64,000 bases of DNA, from NCBI RefSeq assembly GCF_036321535.1, contig NC_087436.1, forward strand, positions 107,262,001-107,326,000, in the 5' to 3' direction. Positions 40,990 to 56,291 of the stretch are shown here, piece after piece. The stretch's first letter is position 1; every line of letters begins with the position of its first letter. The position numbers were made by a program, and so were the translations under genes. Origin of the DNA: Camelus dromedarius (taxonomy: Eukaryota). The notes beneath the pieces are model-generated. The model saw nothing but the letters and a program-made list of their open reading frames with translations. It did no database searches and was not told the DNA's origin.

Positions 40990-41470
40990 ACATGTTTATT
41001 TGTACACTAATGTTCAGAGCAGCATTATTGATAATGGTCAAAATATGGAAAGAGCACGAATGTCCATCATCGGATGAATGGATGAACAAAATGTAGTATA
41101 TACCTACAATGGAATATTATTCAACATTTAAAAAATAAAATTTTGATACATTCCACAGCATGGATGAATGTTAAAGACATGCTAAGTAAAACAAGCCAAA
41201 CATAGAAGACATATATTGTATGATTCCACTTACATGAGGTATCTAGAATGTCAAACCCACAGAGACAGAAGGTAGGAAAGTAGCTACCAGGGAAGGAAGG
41301 GAGGAGCAATGGGGAGTTACTGTTTAATGGGTACAAAGTTTCAGTTTGGGAAAACAAACAAGTTCTGGAGATGGATGGAGGGGACGGTTGCACAAGGTGA
41401 AGGTCCTTCATGCCACTGAGCTCTAAGCTTGAAAATGGTTAAAATGGTAAATTTTATTTCAATATTTCTA
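40990..41470 (+). mobile_element. L1MB-like 3' end inserted into an L2
   Basis: aatgtccatcatcggatgaatggatgaacaaaatg…aatgggtacaaagtttcagtttggg…aaaatggtaaatttt. Confidence 0.85.
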
Positions 41471-41559
41471 AATGTATTTTAATTTTGAAATTTTAAAAAT
41501 TTATTTTAAAATTCTAAGTTTTATTTTAAATGTTTAAAGTAAGTAAATACAATTTAATG

Positions 41560-42430
41560 GGTATACAATCCAACTCTTGACTCTTAACCCACTCCTCAAA
41601 TCTGCATCCACTCTAGCTTTTCAAATCCCAACAAATGGCACCATCTACTCAATTCTTCCCACCAAATGCCCAAAAACTGTGCCTGATTCTCCATTTTCCA
41701 TATTTTCTCCCACTGCCAATCTGTCCCAGGCTCTGCCTTCATTCACCTCTCTGTCCCTCTAAACTACTGCAGTAGCCTCCATGCCAGCCTCCCTGCCACA
41801 ACTCTTGCACACAATGGAGCCAGAAACCATAAATCTTTGAAAAACCAATTTACCTCATGTCCTTTTCTTGTTTAATTCCCCCACTTAATGGTTTCCTATT
41901 TCACTTAGTGCAAAATTTTAAATCTTTAGCTGACCTTTAAGGTCCTACGTGATCAGGCGTCTGCCCAGCTACGTCTTCTCGCTCCTGCCCTCCACTGGCC
42001 ATTCTCCAGGCAAACTGGGCTCCTTTCTCTTCCTAAAATGTGCTGAGTTCTTTGTTATCGGATGGCCTTTACGCTGACTTTCCTTCTGCCTGGATCACTC
42101 CTCTAGGTCCTTACCTGACGGCTCTTTGTTGCCATTCAGGTCTTAATTCAAATTTGCCTCCACAAGAGGCCTTTTTTCATGCCACTGTCTATATTCCCAA
42201 CTACCCCATTCCCTCTCACATATCCTGCACTATTTTCTTGGTGGCCCTTATTATTAAGTGAAAAGGTCTTGCTCATGTATTTACTTATTTTCTATGATTG
42301 ATCTTTCCTAGAAGATTAAAACTTCCATGAGATAAAAGGGGCTTTGTCTGTATTATTTTCAGTAGGCACAGCCCTGAGACTAGCACTTAACACACAGCTG
42401 AGGTTAAATAAGCACTTCTTGAAGGAATGA
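41560..42430. mobile_element. L2 3' portion
   Basis: Pyrimidine-rich L2-like body ending …aaacttccatgag…gaaggaatgaa, followed by a GGAA/GGGA repeat to about 42543. Confidence 0.7.
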
Positions 42431-45400
42431 AGGAGAGGGGAAGGGAAAGAGACATGGGAGGAAGAGAGAAGGGAGAGAGGGAGAGAGGAAGGAAGGAAGG
42501 AAGGAAAGAAGGAAGGGAGGAAGGGAGGGAGGGAGGGAGGGAATCATCTTACTATGACCCTAGTAGGGCTCTGGTCTCACTATTCCCATCTGGGTAGTAG
42601 AATCATATCCTCTCCAGGCTGAACAACCAAGACTTCAACAACCATTGATGCCAAGCCCATGCCCAGCACCTGAATCCCTGTTCCTGCACAGCTAGCTGCT
42701 TCTATCCCAGGGGAAACCAGCCTCTGCTTCCAGCCCCAACTCTTCACCCATTCAGACCTAAGATTCGCCATCCCTTTCCACTGGCTTCCCATTCTCTGAC
42801 ATTTGCCAAAAGCTTCTCCGCTGCCTCATCTGCTGCTACCACACTTCATCTCTGATTCCCAACATTTCATTTGGCCTTTGGCTGCATTTCTGGAGTAGTC
42901 TTTTTGCGTATTTTCTGCTTCTTGAGAACAATCTCTGGATGCTCTCAGTGCTCTTGGTCAATGTCACTCCACTCTCCTGGGCACAGTACTAAGCTTGACT
43001 GGTGGCTCCTGGGTCCCAGAAGTCCCTAGGGTACCACAGTAGATCTTCAGAAGAAAACATCTCCCATCATATGTCCTTATCCCTGGGCCTGAGGTACACA
43101 CTTTGGAATAGCCATTATTTTGGGGGGCTATGAGAATGTTGATCTACTTGGATATAGTAATAGCCCATCTCTAATAACTACAGCCATCTAAGAATTGCCC
43201 TGAAAGAAAGTAGCTGGTACCCTAGATAGAAATATCAAAGTCCTGTGTTTCTATACACAGGCGGAAAGCTGAGTTCTAGGTTCTGTGGCTCTAGAGGTGG
43301 AAAAATAGGCACGATGGGTAAATAAAAAAGTGCGTAACTGCATGTGAGGGCAGAAGAAAAATGTGTTGTTTTGATCTAAAACTGATGTAAGGTTTTGGAA
43401 TTGTAATTTGTCAAACCATGCCCCGAATAAATGGCTTAATATTAATACTTCCTTCTTCATTTATTTCTTTCATTCCTCCCTTAAAGCCACAAAATACTTT
43501 GTACAAAATGGCATCTACTATATACAAGTAACTTTTTAGAGGAGTGATTCTCATTTGGGAGGGGTTGGGGGGGAAATCTAATGCAGAACTGGAGAAGAAC
43601 AAAGACCCCATATGTCGCTTCTCTGTTACTTGAGTTCACTCAACACCATTAACTTCCTTTTTGAAATATGAATAAGGCATGAAATTAACTATTTGTTCAG
43701 TGTCTGTCTTCTACTCCAGACTCAAAGCTCCATGAGGACATGAAGCACTCAGATCTTATATTCCCAAAGCTCAGCACAGTGGCCGGTGCAGGTTAGTTGT
43801 CTAGTGGACATTGCTTCAGTGAGTGAATGACCACACATAGAGGATCCTGAACATAATGTTAGCAAGAGGAGAGGAGAGAAAAGATCATTCTCAAGAATGC
43901 AAGATTATTTTCTTGACCAAGGTGACAAAATTCAACTTCAAATTCACCTTATGCAAATAAAGAGAAAGAAATATCTCCTTCCAATCTGATCAACTCACAG
44001 TGCATTTCAGATGCTGGGGTATTTTTCTGTGAACACTTGACTTCAGGACCATGCCTCTTGTCAGTTACTGATATTCCTACACCTATGCAATAAATATTGA
44101 CTAAATTATATTAAATAACCCTCAAAAGGCCATTCTCAGAGAAGTCAATGCCTCCTTTTGTTAATAACAAAGGAAAGAAAGCCAGTGTTAGCATCCTCCT
44201 CACCACAATAACATCACAAAAATACTTCAAATGCTTGTGCACAGTGGCTGCTATAATTGCCTTGAGTCAAGAGATGTAGGAAAGTGAGCAGCAGAGAGTT
44301 GGGAAGAAAGAACAGTGACACGTCTACAAAATGCTACCGTGTACGTTTTCATATTGCTGGCACCAAGTTCAAGCCCAGGTGAGTACACCTCACCCAGACT
44401 GCCTGTCCCGGCCTATCGGACAAGTCTCACTGGTCTGCTTTTTAAGGACAAGGAAGGACACTGCTTGGTGATGTGACCACAAGCTGTTCAGGGGAGAGAC
44501 TTTGCTCAGCACATTTCTGCTACCGAGCGAAGCTGGGCTCGTTTCAGAACCACATAAAATAAATAATCACGCAAAAGCAGATTCATTCTGATAGGGCTCT
44601 GACAGCTGCTCCGAGAGGTGAGTGCTTGCAAGCCCATCTTTCAACAATGAACTGACCCAAAGATCCAGGAAAGCTCCAGACAGGACCATATGGCCTGGAA
44701 TAAAAACACATTTCAAACTCTGTTTATTATGCATATCTTTCAAAGGTTCACTACTCTGTGATGAAACATTGCACCTGCAAGGCTTTAATAAGCTTCCCCA
44801 GCCAGTACAATTAGAAAGTCCAGGCACCTGAAGAATCTGTCTTCTCTTACCCTCAGCCATGCACTGCCCATCAATGAGTGGTCTCGTTCTTTTTAATCAT
44901 ATAGGTTTGCGGTACTTTGGTAAGCTGCAATCAATACGGATTCAGAAGATAAAACTTCTTGTAGACCTTAAAGTGAGGGCCATGAAATATCTCTCTTCCT
45001 AAATTTTGGAGTTGCCAACGTTATTGCCTATGGAACCCTCCAGTCGGCCAGAAAAGAAAAGCAGCAGTTCAGTCATGCAGCTCCTCAAAGACAGCAGAGC
45101 ACTTGACAGGAGCATCAACAGGGGCCAAGGCAGAGGGGGATATGAATAGTTTCCCCTCACAGGTGAGCCCTGTGACCCCACCTCTGATCCCCACATTTGA
45201 GAAGCACAGTTTGTCCATTATTCACTCAACAAACATCTAATGAGCAGCTATTATGTGCCAGACTCCAGGCCCAGTGGGGTGATTCAGAGATTAGGTAGCA
45301 TATAGTGTCTGCCCACAGGAGCTGATGGTCTCATTGGGAAGACAGAGCCGCAAAGAACTGGGTGGGGAATACAGAAAGACCCTGCGGGGACACAGAGGGG

Positions 45401-47589
45401 CTGACTTAGCTCTCCGGGGAAGTTCATGGACAGCTTTCCAGAAGAACAGGCGTTTGAATCAAAACTTGAAAGATAACTATGAGTTCACTCATTAGTCAAG
45501 AAAGAGAAGGTATGAGCCATATCAGGGTTGGAACTTTGCCCACGTGTCAGTTTTCAAGGCCTTTCCCCAGGCCACAGGCAATGTGATATGGTTTGAGGCC
45601 CAGAGTCCTATTTCTGTCTCTGCCTGTAATTAGCTTCTGCACAAATAAGACGTGTGTCTGATATTGTGTATACAATCCAATGATGGCTTTGGAATGGGTG
45701 ATCTTTATAGGTCTTTATGACATTAGAATCTCTCTAGGGTTCTTCCCAAACTAAAAATCTACGTATAATTCAGAAGTCTTTTATTTCTCTACCCCCAAAA
45801 CAGTATATAGAGGAACATTTTAGGATTTTAGGAATGGTTTTTGTGTAAGATGGCTTAGCCTAATCATTAGTCAGAGTGACGGAGCGGCCGAGACTTGCTT
45901 GCTAGCATCCTATCCTATTCCCCTGGAACGCAGGGAACCTTTGGATTTGTATCAGAGAAGAACTATATCATACGGACTTCGAAATGAAGAACATAGCACA
46001 AATAATGGTAGACGAAAGAACTATTTTGACTATGGAATGACAGGGTAGACCTGGAGACATGAAAAAGTAACTGTTGCTTTCCAGAGGTCTGATGATGCCA
46101 TGGGTAATATGCAAGAAGACGAGCTTCTTCAACCAGGGGTTGTTATTTCACAAGTGCATTGAGGGTACAAAAGAGAAGAAGAGATGGAGGGAGGATGGGA
46201 GGGAGAAAGGGAATAAAGGAGAGAGGTGGCAAAGAGGGAGAGAAGAGGCAAGAGAAAGGGAGGGAAGGAGGAAGGACAGCAGGGAAAAACATTTACCCAC
46301 TGCAACCAACAGCATCTCTAAACTGTTTTTATCTCCAGGCTCTCAACAATGATTCACAAATATGCAGCCAGGGCATTATGTTTCCAGACTTTTCAGACTC
46401 AAGGGGAACAGCATAGGATTACCCAAGTTGACATCTGACATCACTAAGCACATAGGAAAAGAAGCAGCTATGATTTACTGCTAAAAACCATACCGTTCAC
46501 AACAACTCTTAAAGACAGATGCTGTTCTGTTCATTATATGGACACAGAAAGTGAAGTTCAGAGAAAGTAAACATGTTCAAGGTGATCAGGAGAACAGGTA
46601 ACAGAGAAAATGTATAAACCTAGCTGTCTGCCTCCAAAGCCCACGTTCTTCCCAAGACCCTGATTCATCTTCAAGAGCATTCACACTCCTGCTTAGGAAG
46701 TAGAGAAGAACCTTTTTTTTTCCTGCATTTTACTTATGCTTTGGAAGACTGCTGATTACAGCTGTGTAGGTGGCCATAGGGGATGAAGTGTCAAAGGAAT
46801 TCTGGACAGATGCCTGACACCAAGCAGGGGCCGGTCCCACCAGTGTCTCTTTTCATTTGACCTCACCGTCTCTCATATATCAGTTAATCTTTCCTAGTTT
46901 TGAATATTAAAAAACATAGATTCCTAAGAGACATCAGCAGTAAGAGAGAAAGAGCAGAGCATGCACAAGAGAATAGAAAACTCTTTTCACTGTAAACAGC
47001 AGGGCAGAGAAAATCATCAAACCAGGAGACAATGGGGTCAACAGATATTTGGTTTTCTCTTGCTTATGCCAGACCTCTACAAGTTGTTGAATTTCATTGT
47101 TTTCCTTGATAGATATTGGCTTTGCTTGGATGACAATAAATCCATCCTCTTATGAGCAACTACTTCACTGAAGTCAAGAAAACCTATAGACCACCTCCTA
47201 CAGACCACCTCTCCCATCCAAACTTTCATTGACCACCTCCAAGAGCCACTTTCATGAATGAACGATGGGGTGAAATCACTCCCATTTGGAGCCAATAAGA
47301 TAGTAGTAATTTACATTCACTGTGTGTTTCCTGGATACCAAGCACTGTTTTAAGAGTTTTCTAGGCATATTCACTTTGTCCTTCCCAGCAGTACTATAAG
47401 GTAGATACTCATTATTCCCATTTTACAAGATGAGAAAAGTTAGACTTGGGAGGCTGTGTTATTTGCCCAAAGTCATGCATCTGATAACATGTCTCAAGGA
47501 TGGTCTCCTTTGAAAACTCTTGTAGAGTGGAGCAGATTAGCAACTTGGAGATGATTCTTGAAGGACAACCACATCATCTCATTTTCATT

Positions 47590-48400
47590 GAGCATAATAT
47601 TTATTCTTTCACTCAATCAACATTTTTTTCTAAGCCACTGGGAAAACAGAAGCAAGCAGGATGAGATCCTAATCCTCAGGGTTCCTCTTTCTTATAATGA
47701 AGAGAAAAACATAGAGGATCCATTAACAATGTGATCAGAGCAATCACTATGTATGATAGGGGCACAGAAGAGGACCTCCTAACTCAGGGCATCACTGGGG
47801 AAAAGGGATGTCAGAGAAGGCTTCTTTGGAGCAGCTGATGCTAGAATGAATAATCTTGAAGGCAGGTGGAAGATAATGAGGAGGAAAAGGCCAGAAAGCA
47901 CAAGAAAAAGACAAGGACACATTATGGGGAACTCTATCTAATTTGGTGTGACACAGGGCATCGATAAAGGCAAAAGGGTAAGGGTGACCCTGGGGGAGTG
48001 TGTCAAAAGTGTGTAAAAAGCCATATCATGCAAGACCTTGCTCACTATGCTAATAAATTGGAATTTTATGCTGAAGGCAATGAGAAACCATGAGGGAGTT
48101 TTCAGTAGGGGAATGGGAAAAACGAATTTGCACTTTTGGACAATCATTCTGCCAGCAGACTGAAGACTGGAGTCTGGGAGGCCAGTTAGGAGGCTGCCAG
48201 AGCCTTACAATGTGAGGCAATTGCAATGGTTAGGAGGGAAGGGCCAGATACTAGAGATACTAAGAAAAAGAATCAAATCTTATAGCCAACTAATTGAGAG
48301 GAAGGGTTTAATATGATTCCCAGTTTTATAGCTGCGTCAGTTGGGTTCATAAGAAATGGAATTCAATAGAAGAGTCAGATTGGGGAAATTAAAAATGAAA
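47590..48400. mobile_element. L2 relic
   Basis: gtcagagaaggcttc…gagaaaccatgagggagttttcag…gaggccagttaggaggctg. Confidence 0.65.
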
Positions 48401-49409
48401 ACGCACATGAGGCCTTACAGTTTACAAATAAAATTGACAGATAGTATTTTATTCTTTCTTTAAACAACCCTATGAGGCTGCGGGAGCCTCATCTCAGATG
48501 AGAGCCCTGAACAGAGACCAAGTGACTTGCTCAAGCTCCCACAAGTAGCAGAGGGAAGAACTCTTTCTAAATCTCATTTTCTTTCCACTGCAAAATCAAA
48601 TACCCATAATAATAGTAGCAAAATAATAACTATGATAGTGAATGCATATTGAACACCCAGGCCCTCTTCTGAGAAATTCAGATTTATCAACTCACTTAAT
48701 CCCCACAACAATTCTACCCAGTAGGTATTATCGCTCCATTTTATAGCTAAAGCAAATGAGGCACAAAGAGGCGTCAGCATTAAGTATTATCCGTTGGGGC
48801 AAAGAATCTGCCTGTTGGCATCCCTCCTGTAGGGAGGATCTATCTAGAGCCGCGACAGTCAGAACCACATAGAGGTAAGTCAGCGACTTGACCCATTTTC
48901 GTGTTCCTCATGGTGCTTTCAGAGCCTATGGACTCGGGGGGGGGGGGGAATTCCAGACACAGGCTCTCATTGCTTTAACCCATATATGAAAGTTGAGAAC
49001 CCCACTCTACCCTTAATTTCTTGAGTACACCAACGCAGATATCCAGGACCTCCTGGCTGGGCTGCTAGTGTTGCCTTCTGGAAGCTAGAGCCAGGCTCTA
49101 CTGATCCGGTTTGCATTTTCAGTAGGGAACTATTTTCCAGCAGCTTTAGTGTACCCGGCTCTGCTATCCTAGAATGGGATTAACAACCCCGGGCTTGACT
49201 GCCCAATGCATCAGGCTATGGAAACAGCCCTCTGGAGGACACTGTTCACCAAAAGCCTATTAGCCAATTACTCAGAGCCTGTTTAGTAAATGAGCTTTCT
49301 GTGTACTAATTGGAGCACTGTGAAAGTAAACTTGCAGTGAGAAGCTAGCTCTCTGTAGCCAGACGCCTCTCTTGGTGCACCCCGGAATCAGGGGTACTGG
49401 AGAGGTAGG

Positions 49410-49640
49410 TGGTGTGGTGGTGCAGCCACAAGCTCTCAGCCTGGACTGCCCAGATTTAAATCCCAGCTCTAGTCCAGCTGGGCAGACTTCAGCAAGTTAT
49501 TCTGGCCTCAGTTTCCTCATCTGTAAAACGAGGATCATAGGACCTATTTTGGTGGATTTGGAACTCTCAAATGAGGTAATGCACCTGTGCTCAGCACATA
49601 AGGACTAATCAATAAATATTAGCTGATATTATTTACTGCT
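49410..49640. mobile_element. MIR
   Basis: tttaaatcccagctct…ggcctcagtttcctcatctgtaaaa. Confidence 0.8.
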
Positions 49641-52199
49641 CTTGCTTATTTAAGCAGAAAAATCCACTCTGTTCCAAAGAATGCAATATAAAAAAGAGAG
49701 AGGAGGGAGAAAAAATTTACTCCAGTTCGATTACTCAGGTTCAAGTAGGTAAACTTACTAAGGGCATCTGTGGTGTCAGCTACACCCCTCATTTGGCAAT
49801 TAAGATATACTTTATTACTAGTTTGCATCACAGTGTTGCTGAGTGACTTTTCATACACCTAAGCACCAGTTATTTCAGCAACTTGATTCTATGCTTCTTG
49901 AAGACAGGTTCCACATACCTTCATGTCCACCAGTACCATCCAAACACTCAATAGATATTTGTTTGCCAACTGATGTTCTTGAGTACATTTCTGTCATTCC
50001 TGACGAAAACAGATGGAGTGAATATTGGTTTGTTGGCTCTACTACCATGAATGTTTAATTATTCAAGATTGAAAGGGCCCAATCAATTTAACCTCTATCC
50101 CTGTTTTGGTGTCAAATTAGACATCCGTACAATCAGATCCAGAGAACAGACTGGTCATAGGATAAGCCAAGGCAAGAACTTGCACTTCTCCTGAGACACA
50201 GGTAGTTTATTTTATGAGGATTTCACAACAAAGTTAAAGGCTAAAGCCTTTGTGATCTTAGTGCCACTCTAGTTGGCCAACAGTTAGCCTAAGAGGTAGA
50301 AGAGACTCCGAAAACACACTGAAGTTCTGCATGAGTTAACTGTAATTGTAATCGAAGCTGTGCAGACTTGACCAAATAATTTTATTGCCTGCGAAACGCG
50401 AAGTCTGTTTTGGTACACACGAGAACAGTATGCTTGGTATTACGGAAATAATATTAACCCAGGTACCACTTTGTGGGCCTGAGGACTTGATCACGCATTG
50501 AAAATTATAGTAGTCAGGGTAAATATTAAAAAGAATCACTTCATAATGTAGTGACAGCCAATGATTGCTACTCAATCTCTCTTTTTAAAATTCAATCTCT
50601 TTTAAAAGCTTAAAAATAGTATGTTGATTTGTTTAAAGGAAAAATAAGAAAAAACATGTCACGTCTTTTGTTAAACATGAGTAGCTGTTGAATGGAAAAG
50701 TCAGAACTGTGTACTTGTAGACCTGTCATTCAAACAGACTTGGGTAAAGAGTTAAATTGCTCTTAATTATCAAGTTTCTATAGAAATAACTTTGTACATT
50801 AAAAAGAGAAGAAAACTCTGAAATAGCTTCCTGTCTTTAGGGTGGTCATTTTCCTAACTCCACAAGCAGAAGTAAATACAATGTGACCAGCTGATTCCCA
50901 GCTGTGTAAAGATTTAAATCCACGCCTGAACATTGGACAATCAAATTACGTAGTACCACAGGAGCCAGAAATAAACCCAACACATAAATGCAGGTTATTC
51001 AACATTATTAACACAAATAAAATTTACACCTACAGTCCTGTGCATTAAAAATAACTTCCCTCACATCAAATAGCAATATTTTGCTATGCCAATCAAATTA
51101 AACCACCAGAAACATATGGAAAGAAATCAATTGTATAAGAAACCTTTGAAAAGTATGGCATTTATCGTGTTTAAGACAGGTTAATTCCAGTTCTAAACAA
51201 ACTTCCTCCTTCCAAGTTGGGGCTTTTGTTTTACATTCTTTTCTTTGCTAGGAATGACACAACACAAACATTCTGTCAATCCAGCCACAAAATCCTTTTT
51301 CTCTCACCATATGTGAATTCAAAGGAGAGAAAAACAAAAACAATATGCACACACACACATATAATCCTACTAGGCCCAGACAAATTTAACTGTATTGATT
51401 TTAGGCAAAACTGGGACCAAAATCTTATGCCAAGAATGAGAGTCTGAATTCTAGAGAGAAATGTTTATAGAAAAGGTCTGTCCCTTTGTTTCCTGTCAAC
51501 AGCTTCAGAAACTAACTGTCAAATCACGTCAACAAATCTACTTGACTAAAGGGAGAGAAGCCATTTTTAATGGCCTTCAAAACCCAACACACCACTCAGT
51601 AGATGAAAACTGATGACCCCAAGTAGAGCACTACTCTGAACAATGACTGCATCATCCACATACCTGAATCCTATTCCTAAATTAGCATCCTCTGCAGCCA
51701 CATTAGCTCACATTTGAAAGACACAGTCAAGACCCAGCTCCCAAGTCATGGACCACAATAGCCGCACTTGCACGTAATAAGCAGAGGAACAATGTCGGCT
51801 CTGAAGTGCATACAGAATGGAAGAGAGGAAAAAGAAATGCATGAGGTGTATATTTTAGAGCAGAAAGAGAACTTACCGATTACCTAGTCTGGTCTTGCAG
51901 TTTCCATCACAGGAGAGTGTGGGAGTACAAAAGTGGAATGCAAAAACTTTCCCCACTGGTAAAGAAGAAATGAATATACTGTGCCAAATGCCCATGGGGC
52001 TTCTCAACGTTTGTGTAGGTACCTGGTTATTCTTCAAGAAACGGAGCCAAAACTATTGTGTCAAAATTAGGAAAGAAGTTGGCTTTTTAGCTGGGGAGTT
52101 GAAATTTGCATTTGGTTAAAACTAGTCAGCTGAAACATCAAAGTAAATTTCTTTGTTTTGTCTCAGTTTTATCATAGACATTCTAATTAATTCATCAGG

Positions 52200-52810
52200 C
52201 ACTCACTTATTAAGTCGACAAATATTTACTGAGAGCTACCAAGTATCACTGCCTTGGCTGCGGGGGTAGAGCAATGAACCAAGCAGAGAAAGTCTCTGGG
52301 ACAGGGCTGTCAGTAAGCAAGTAGAGACGTGTATATATCAGGTGGTGATAGGTGATATAAAGAGAAAGAAATCAGGGTAAGAGCTGGGACTGTGAAAAGA
52401 TGCTAGTTTATATAGAGTGGTCAAGGAAAGCCTCACTGATAAAATGATATTTGGACAAGATTTACAAAAGAAAGGGAGCAACTCTGAGACTATGAAATAA
52501 GGACATTCTAGGCTAAGGAGAGAGCAGGTGCACAACTCTCAGGTGAAAGCACCTTTGACATGTTGAGGGAACATCGAGAAGGCCAGGCCAGATTTAAATG
52601 AGCAGAGAAAAGCAGTAGAGCAGAAGGGAGAGGGGAATGGGGACCAGGTGAGGTAGGATCTTGGAGGCCACAGCAAGGACATTGGATACAAGTCTAGTGG
52701 GCTGGAAAGTCATTAGAGTGTTTTGAGCAAAGAAGTGACATTATATAACTTAGCTGTTGTGTGGAGAATGGACCACTAGGAAGCAAGGACAGAGAAGTTT
52801 AGCGGGCTAC
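52200..52810. mobile_element. L2 relic
   Basis: aaatatttactgagagctacc…ggtcaaggaaagcctcactga…gttttgagcaaagaagtgaca. Confidence 0.7.
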
Positions 52811-54099
52811 TGGTAATCAGTAGCAGCCACTTGCCTACAGAGCTTGCTTCATTCAAGATCCCAGTTCATCACCCACCATGGCAATCACTACAAACACCTC
52901 CGTCCAACCCATTAGATAAGAACAGAATCAGCGTGGGAAATAGGTCATCTTATAACAGTTCATAGAGCAGCAAGCATCCTTTCTTCTTGGACCTCTCCAT
53001 CATCTCCTTCTGTAATATTGTCCTTCCCCAACCCTGCTAAGTCAGGGACCTGGGATCATTTCTTGCCTGAAGGGCTAAGCAATGGGATCCTCAGTGTTCA
53101 GTGTTGCGAAGATGCAGGACTAAGGGCAAGAGCAGGATGGCAAAGGCAAGACAAGCAAGGATTGGGGCACAGCTGGCACCCCACCCCCCACGGTTCTCCA
53201 TGGCAAATATATAGAAAGTTCCTATGAATCAACCAGATGCCAGAAGATAGATGAATTTAAGCACTTCATTAAATGATGAGACTCTGCAGGAAGAGTTCAT
53301 GTGGTGAGCTGCCTGCCCACAGTAGAGGCTGAAGCTGGCAGGAAGACAACAAGACGGAGCCAGGTCTCCTGGGCCAGCAGGCTGTGTAGGGCAAGAATGA
53401 AGAGAGCTCTCCCATGAGCATCCTTAAGACGTAACTCTTGAGGAACTTGCCACACAGAAGAGTGAAAGCCAGTGGGCAAGGGGAAGCAGACTACAGGGCT
53501 CTAAGGAAGACTGAAAAGCCTCTGACCCAAAAACTGTTGCCTTTGATGTGATAATAATGTAATTTTGGTGCAGTCTCATTGAGGAATTTGCAAATGCATA
53601 GAGTTTAAGTTGTGAAAACACGCCGGTGAAAATGTGCTACATTAAAAAACGCCATCATGAGAGACTGATTAAATAGAGCTTACATATATTCTTCTTTTAC
53701 AAAATTCAACTCAAAACAGTTCAACACAGGAAATTTTAGTAGTTCTCTCACAAAGCTGGATTCTCACTTGTTCTTGGGTTTTCCAAATTTTTGAAATTAG
53801 GCAAAATATCACTTTCAAAAATTGACTATTTTTTAATCATATATAAGATTAACTTAAGAAGTAATAGACAGCTTTTTGGGAAGAGCATTAGAATGGTGTT
53901 AGCCTGCCCCTATCTTTTTAACTGTGATTCTGTGGACAAGTCACTTTCTTTTATGTAGATTATAGCCTCATGAAAGAGTTAGAATAAAGGAAATGTTCCC
54001 AATCTGTGGATTTATAAATCCTTTGAAGTCCTTTGGAGGAAGTTTCTCCTACTATCTTCTCCCTCCTATCCTGCAGGGTATCGTGGAATCCACTTGTGA

Positions 54100-54640
54100 A
54101 CTTCTCATGGTCATCTGTTAGCTTTGCCTACCTTGCATCTACCTCCCACCAACCACTGGTAAGAATACCTCTGTTTTTCTGGAGAAATTATACTGTCCAT
54201 ACTCAGTCGTGATGCTCTGGATGGGACTGGCCCCATTCCCTGAGTCCAGGTCTGAACACAAGAGCTATCTCAATTCATCTTTTCCCAAACTGAAGTCACA
54301 GTGAGTTTGGTCCAAGGATAAACTCCTGATTCCAGTTGCCTAATCAGAGCTAAGCCAAGCACTGGCTGGAGAAACAGGAGGATGTCAGTCTCTTCCATTT
54401 GATCTTGAACCTAGAGGATGTAAGCCCGGATCTGCTAGCAACCATCCCAAGAAGAGATTCTGGGAGTTGACAAAAACCCACATAAAAGCAGAGGCAAGAG
54501 ATGGAGAAAAATAGATCTCTTAAGCCTCTGATTCCAATTAATTTGAAGAACTGTCCTTGGACCTTTCAGTTACTTGAGCACATAAATTCCCTTATTTCTA
54601 TCAAGTTTTTTGTAACTGAAAGAGGTGTATCCAATATACG
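54100..54640. mobile_element. Old ERVL LTR (LTR16/33-like)
   Basis: …ggacctttcagttacttgagcacataaattccc…gtaactgaaag. Confidence 0.55.
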
Positions 54641-55772
54641 TAGTCTACAAGTTGAATAATTTATCTGCCTAATTTAGTGATATACAAATATTTTTATGAT
54701 ATATGTAGATAATGAGCCAAATAAAATATGAAAGCATAAAAATAATTTTCTACGTGTTTTTATTAGGATTTTCTCAATCAATATATAGTAAAAGTACCAT
54801 TAGGAGATTCCGGCAGTCCCTTCAGGTTCTAAAACATCGTGATGTTTAAAAGCCTTTGCATTATATAAATCAAGGTATAAATCTGTTCATAAAATAATAC
54901 CGGGACATTAGTCCTCAGAGATTAATCACTAAGCAGCTGTGTCCCTTTGCCAGGTATTGTGAAATGTGATAACTTTGAGACAATGATGTCGCATTGTGGG
55001 TTCTGCTGATTAGAGACATGGAAATAAGGTTGTGAATTCTGAGTAAGACCAAAAAAAATTAAAAATCCAAAAGATGCCTTTTGTTTTGATCCTGCTTTTG
55101 GTGCCAGTGGAGATTTCACACTGGGTAATATAAATCACCAACGTGCTAATTAAGCTGTGTTTCTCACTTTAAGGTCTTTTTGTGCTTCCCTCAAAGTGAT
55201 AACAAATGGAACATCATCATTTTCCTTAGATCTGAGATCACAAAATGTCCACGAGCTACATACAGTTGTAGTGATACAATAGCCAGCAGAAAACAGGGCT
55301 TTAAATATCATACGCTACAAAACCTGAAATACAAAACGTGAAATTTGCAGAGGCATGACTAATGGGGTGATTTCTATTTTTTCAGTAACTGAACACCCAG
55401 TCCATGAACTGAGCACATATAATACTTAGCAAACAGTCTTAGAGAAAACTGACAGATATATACGGTATTTTATCTTGCATTATGTGATTTGTAGAAGTAA
55501 TCTCAACTGGAAGTACTTCAAAGGAAGGCATTAAACAAGTGTAAAATAACTAATCTAAGGACCCTGCTGAGAGTAACCTGCTCACTCTGTCCCCCTCTTT
55601 TGGCCTCATCCTTCCAAACCACTGTGCGTGTGGCTCCCAGGATGGTTGACTCAAAGCACAGTCCGACTCATTTCACTCTCCAGCTCAAGGATCTTCAGTG
55701 GCTCAGTGAATAGTTTTCAGCTATAAGCATAGACAACCGATATTTTTTAATACCTTTAAAACCTCCGAGAAT

Positions 55773-55938
55773 GGGGTAGAATAAAGCTCAGTGGTAGAGT
55801 GCATGCTTAGCATGCACAACCTACTAGATTCAATCCCCAGTACCTCCATTAAAAATAAACAAACAAACAAACAAACCTAATTACCTCCCCCCTCTCCCCC
55901 CCAAAAAAAAAAGAAAGAAAGAAGGAAAAGAAAAGAAG
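55773..55938 (+). mobile_element. tRNA-derived SINE (Vic-1-like) with degenerate TSD
   Basis: agctcagtggtagagtgcatgcttagcatgcac…gattcaatccccagtacctcc…aaacctaattacctcccc. TSD acctccgagaa (55761-55771) / acctcccagaa (55939-55949). Confidence 0.88.
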
Positions 55939-56291
55939 ACCTCCCAGAAGGAACAAAACTCAAAGTACATGCCATACTTGGTAAAATAGGCCATTTTGTT
56001 TTTCTCATGCTGGGATACAGTTCTTTCATAAAATACAGTATGAATTTTATAAAATACCTTATATAAATGTCCCAAATCATAATATGATATACATATTTGA
56101 AAAATTATATTCAGATAATATTACATACTATGATAATTTAATACAAATCTAGATATAATATAATTATGCATAAGAAATCATACAAATTACTTCTAAGAAC
56201 ATAATGTTGAAAGATACCACACTTGACCCTGGTCTAGATCAACCACTACAGCAGCTGCCTGACTTGTGCCCCTAATCCCACCCCTGCCACC

